A stretch of DNA of 64,000 nt from Bugula neritina (Eukaryota; Animalia; Bryozoa): contig OZ037769.1 of NCBI GenBank assembly GCA_964035545.1, positions 11,500,633 to 11,564,632 of the forward strand, in the 5' to 3' direction. This document shows, piece by piece, positions 60,946 to 64,000 of this stretch (positions within the stretch are counted from its first letter, which is position 1; the number at the start of each line of letters is the position of its first letter). The translations under genes were made by a program, and so were the position numbers. Under the pieces are notes generated by a model. It saw only the letters and a program-made list of their open reading frames with translations. It had not been told where the DNA came from and did not search any database.

Positions 60946-62029
60946 TTTGTAGGAGTTATTAAATTTAGTGATTGCAAAATTTGGCTAACAGATAGATTGA
61001 CATACCAGTATCAACATCCACATGAGTAGGTTTGTCCTCTACTTGGAGTGTGAACACTTTTGTATCCACACTATGGTTTTTTGTAATTATACAGCTGTAA
61101 GTTCCTACTGACTTTTGTTATATTAGTAATGATCAGCTTTTTTTTAGTTATCTGATATCTACAAATTTACACGATACAGGATATTAATTTATGTTGCATC
61201 ACAAACAAAGCAAATATTATTTCGCACTTTAAAGTTTCAAGTTTTCCAATTAGCTTAGCCAGGATTGTTTGAGCACAGATTTTCTCACTAGTACAATAAT
61301 TTGCTCTTTGTGGAGAGCAAATTAAGGAATGTTGGAGGTTTAAAGATAGCCATACTGGTAACTAGTGGACACATTGAAAGGGAGTAGAAAAACGTATTGA
61401 ATCAAATATAATTCACAGATTATATACATGTTGGAGAAGCATAACTTATTATACGAGCTAAAATGTTCTTAGAAGTAGATTCGGTAAGTAATAGAGCAAG
61501 ATGGATGAGGTTTATTTAGCTTCAAAAGTTATTGACTACAGATTGTATTGCATCAAATCATTACCGGAATACTCCGTTAAATGTAGATGTTAGATCGCAC
61601 ATATTATAGAGCCTTGTGAAACAGCTAAGCAGAGAATTACCCGCGACTTTATTCGGTAGCAATGCTAGACAAAAAGGTAAAACATTACACGCAAAACTGC
61701 TTTCGATGTGATTAAAGAGCATACACTACATCATCACAAGCTTAGCAACAAATACTTCTAGTTTATGGGACTGAAAGCATTACTGAAGCACAAGTTTTTT
61801 TTTCATGGCATATAGTTTCACTATTCGAGCTGAAGCCTCATACATATGCCCACTACTACAATCATGCAAATGTAAACCACAAGGGACACACAAAAGGACA
61901 CAAATGGAAAAGTGGTTTAACCTGACAATATTGAAAACTCAAGCTAATTGTTGATGCTTATACGAGTGACTTCTGCTATTGATGCGCTGACCATCTTTAT
62001 ACCAGTTTATCAATGTTTAGCCGTCACCA

Positions 62030-62195
62030 CAAAATAAGTAATCCAAGATTTGCGTATTGTTTTTGGACATGTCCCATGCAGCACATTAGTAACTGGTTGA
62101 AGTTTTTACAATCGATCATCTCTGCAATCTGCAATGGTAGTGATTCTGGAGCAATTTTTGGCGTAGATGTATAACCTTGCCACGGATATCAGCTT
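62030..62195 (-). pseudogene. Third short fragment of the Crypton-like recombinase
   Basis: gcagagatgatc..tgtaaaaactt.aac..ttact.atgtgc.gcatgggac..gtccaaaa is nearly identical to 55455-55590. Confidence 0.7.
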
Positions 62196-62208
62196 ATTTA
62201 TTTAGGAG

Positions 62209-62745
62209 GTTTGTGTACATCTGGTAGTTTTAGCATTGGTGCACTTGTCAGCATTGTCTTGAAGCTAGTGTATGCCTTCTCCTGCGGTTCTTGCCATCTG
62301 ACCTTTTTTGGTTCTCCTTTTTTTGTCCAAATCTGTTAGTGGACTTGCTATAGTTGAATAATATGGGATATACTCTCTGTAATAACCAGTAAGTCCAATA
62401 AACCATCTTACTTGCGTCCTATTAGTTGGCCTTGGTGCAGCCTTGATTTTCTCGATATTGTCATCCATAGGTTTAATTCCACCCCAGCAAAGTTTATGTC
62501 CGGTGAACTCCACATTTGTTCCTCCTATTCTACCCTTATTTGGTCTAAGAGTAAATCCTGCTGTAGCAAGTCGGCTGAAACCCTCTGTTAGCAGTTTTGT
62601 GTGTTCTTATGGGAATTCGTTTTACAATCTCCTACGGTTCCTGCCATTTGACTTTTTTTGGTTCTTCCTTTCTTGTTAAATCTGTTAGTGGGCTTGCTAT
62701 AGTTGAATAATTTGGGATATACTCTCTGGAATAATCAGCAAGCCC
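62209..62745 (-). mobile_element. Duplicated Ty3/Gypsy RT fragment
   Basis: 62209-62630 is near-identical to 60523-60945. 62631-62745 is a third partial copy. Confidence 0.92.
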
Positions 62746-64000
62746 AAAAAATAAACTAAATGCATAAACATGTATTTTTCAGAAAGTGGAGTCTATTGGG
62801 AGGTTTTCATTGTTTTTACACTTGCAAACTTTTAACTGATTTTTACTGGTTTGAGTAGACTATGAACTTTGTCAAGAATGTCAGTGCATAAAATGCTGAC
62901 TTGTTGTCCAATCACAAATGATTTGAACCTATTATATATAACTGCCTTCTGTGACACCAAGACAGCACTGGTAGTTGTGGTCATCAGCTGTGGTTGTAAA
63001 CATATAGTGTTTATTGCTAGTTATTCTGAAAATTGCTAGTAAGCCTTTACTTTACTTTAAGCTTTCATTTGTGAACCCCTTTTATAAAAAATTTGAATCC
63101 ATGTTTGCACTACTAACGAATTTAAGTTAGCAAAAGCCAAGGCAATGAGTTAGTTGTATAAAATTATAACAGGGTGCTAACACTTGCTTGGTATGGCCCA
63201 CATTTGCTTACATTCACATAGTTCCTAAGCGTAAACGACTTCAAGAAATAGGAAGGTTAGCTATGATAGTACTCACCAACAACTACCATAGCGGTAATTC
63301 TTTGCAACGATAATAGTAGTAGTAGTTTTTTCATCTTGGAAATCCTAAAAGTAAAATTGAAGCAAATTATTAAGCTGCCATATACACTTTAAATAATTAA
63401 ATGCATTAATGATTACCAACTGTAAACTGTGTCATTTGTAGCAAAAAGCATTAATAAATCCATTTTAGCCAAAGCTATTTAAAAATTTGTATCTACTATA
63501 CCTATGTTCTTATGGTTATATGTGTGAGCATATTTTATCAAAGCAAAAGTTTAACTTCAAGTGCAAGCTTTTAATTTTGCTGTAGTCGGCTCAGAAACCT
63601 TCATAAGCAACACCAACAGCAACCATAGCAGAAATGATGGGCAAAATGAGTATTTCATTTTGGTAATCCTACAAGTGAAATTGAAGCAAATGATGCGAAT
63701 GTATTTTGACACAAACTTGATGAACTTAGCTTTTATTATGTTACAACAAAATGTATGCAATAAACGAAACACAATACGGTATTTTACTTTTATTTTAGTT
63801 GGTGTCTTTCTTCAAAACTAAAGAATATATGCTATAATATTTTTAGTAGATACTGCATAATATTGTTAACATTTCTACATAAAATGCAGAAATGTATCCT
63901 TGAACATATTGAGTCCAACAACAAACTTGAATTTTTTATTTTTCTTTTTCTAGCAAGCGTTGTACTACCAGATGACATTCAGTAAATATTTGGAGTGTAC

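Noticed and set aside
62950-63780. Signal-peptide-like fragments (MKKLLLLLSL.., MKYSFCPSFLLWLL..)
   Set aside because: They terminate within a few codons and give no supportable gene model inside the window.

Overview
AT-rich, intron-rich animal genomic DNA (invertebrate; lophotrochozoan-like by inference). The left half (1-33 kb) holds five spliced host genes that I assembled by hand from splice sites: a chitin synthase (minus, 3' end runs off the window), an SDR of the DHRS7B type (minus), TMEM11 (plus), an unannotated small secreted Cys-rich protein (plus, 20121-22731, not seen as a whole in the ORF track) and carnitine O-octanoyltransferase CROT (minus). Their introns carry MITEs, tRNA-derived SINEs and minisatellites, several built from or abutting splice sites. 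The right half (40-63 kb) is a graveyard of mobile elements: a foldback hAT element with 8-bp TSD, a piggyBac-like MITE, a decayed Polinton/Maverick (pPolB, major capsid, adenain protease) interrupted by hAT-Charlie and an intron-containing Harbinger, an intron-containing Crypton-like tyrosine recombinase gene with a Myb-like tail (three copies or fragments), and duplicated Gypsy RT/RNaseH fragments. No CRISPR array, rRNA or genuine tRNA is supported. Family calls rest on remembered motifs, not on database searches.
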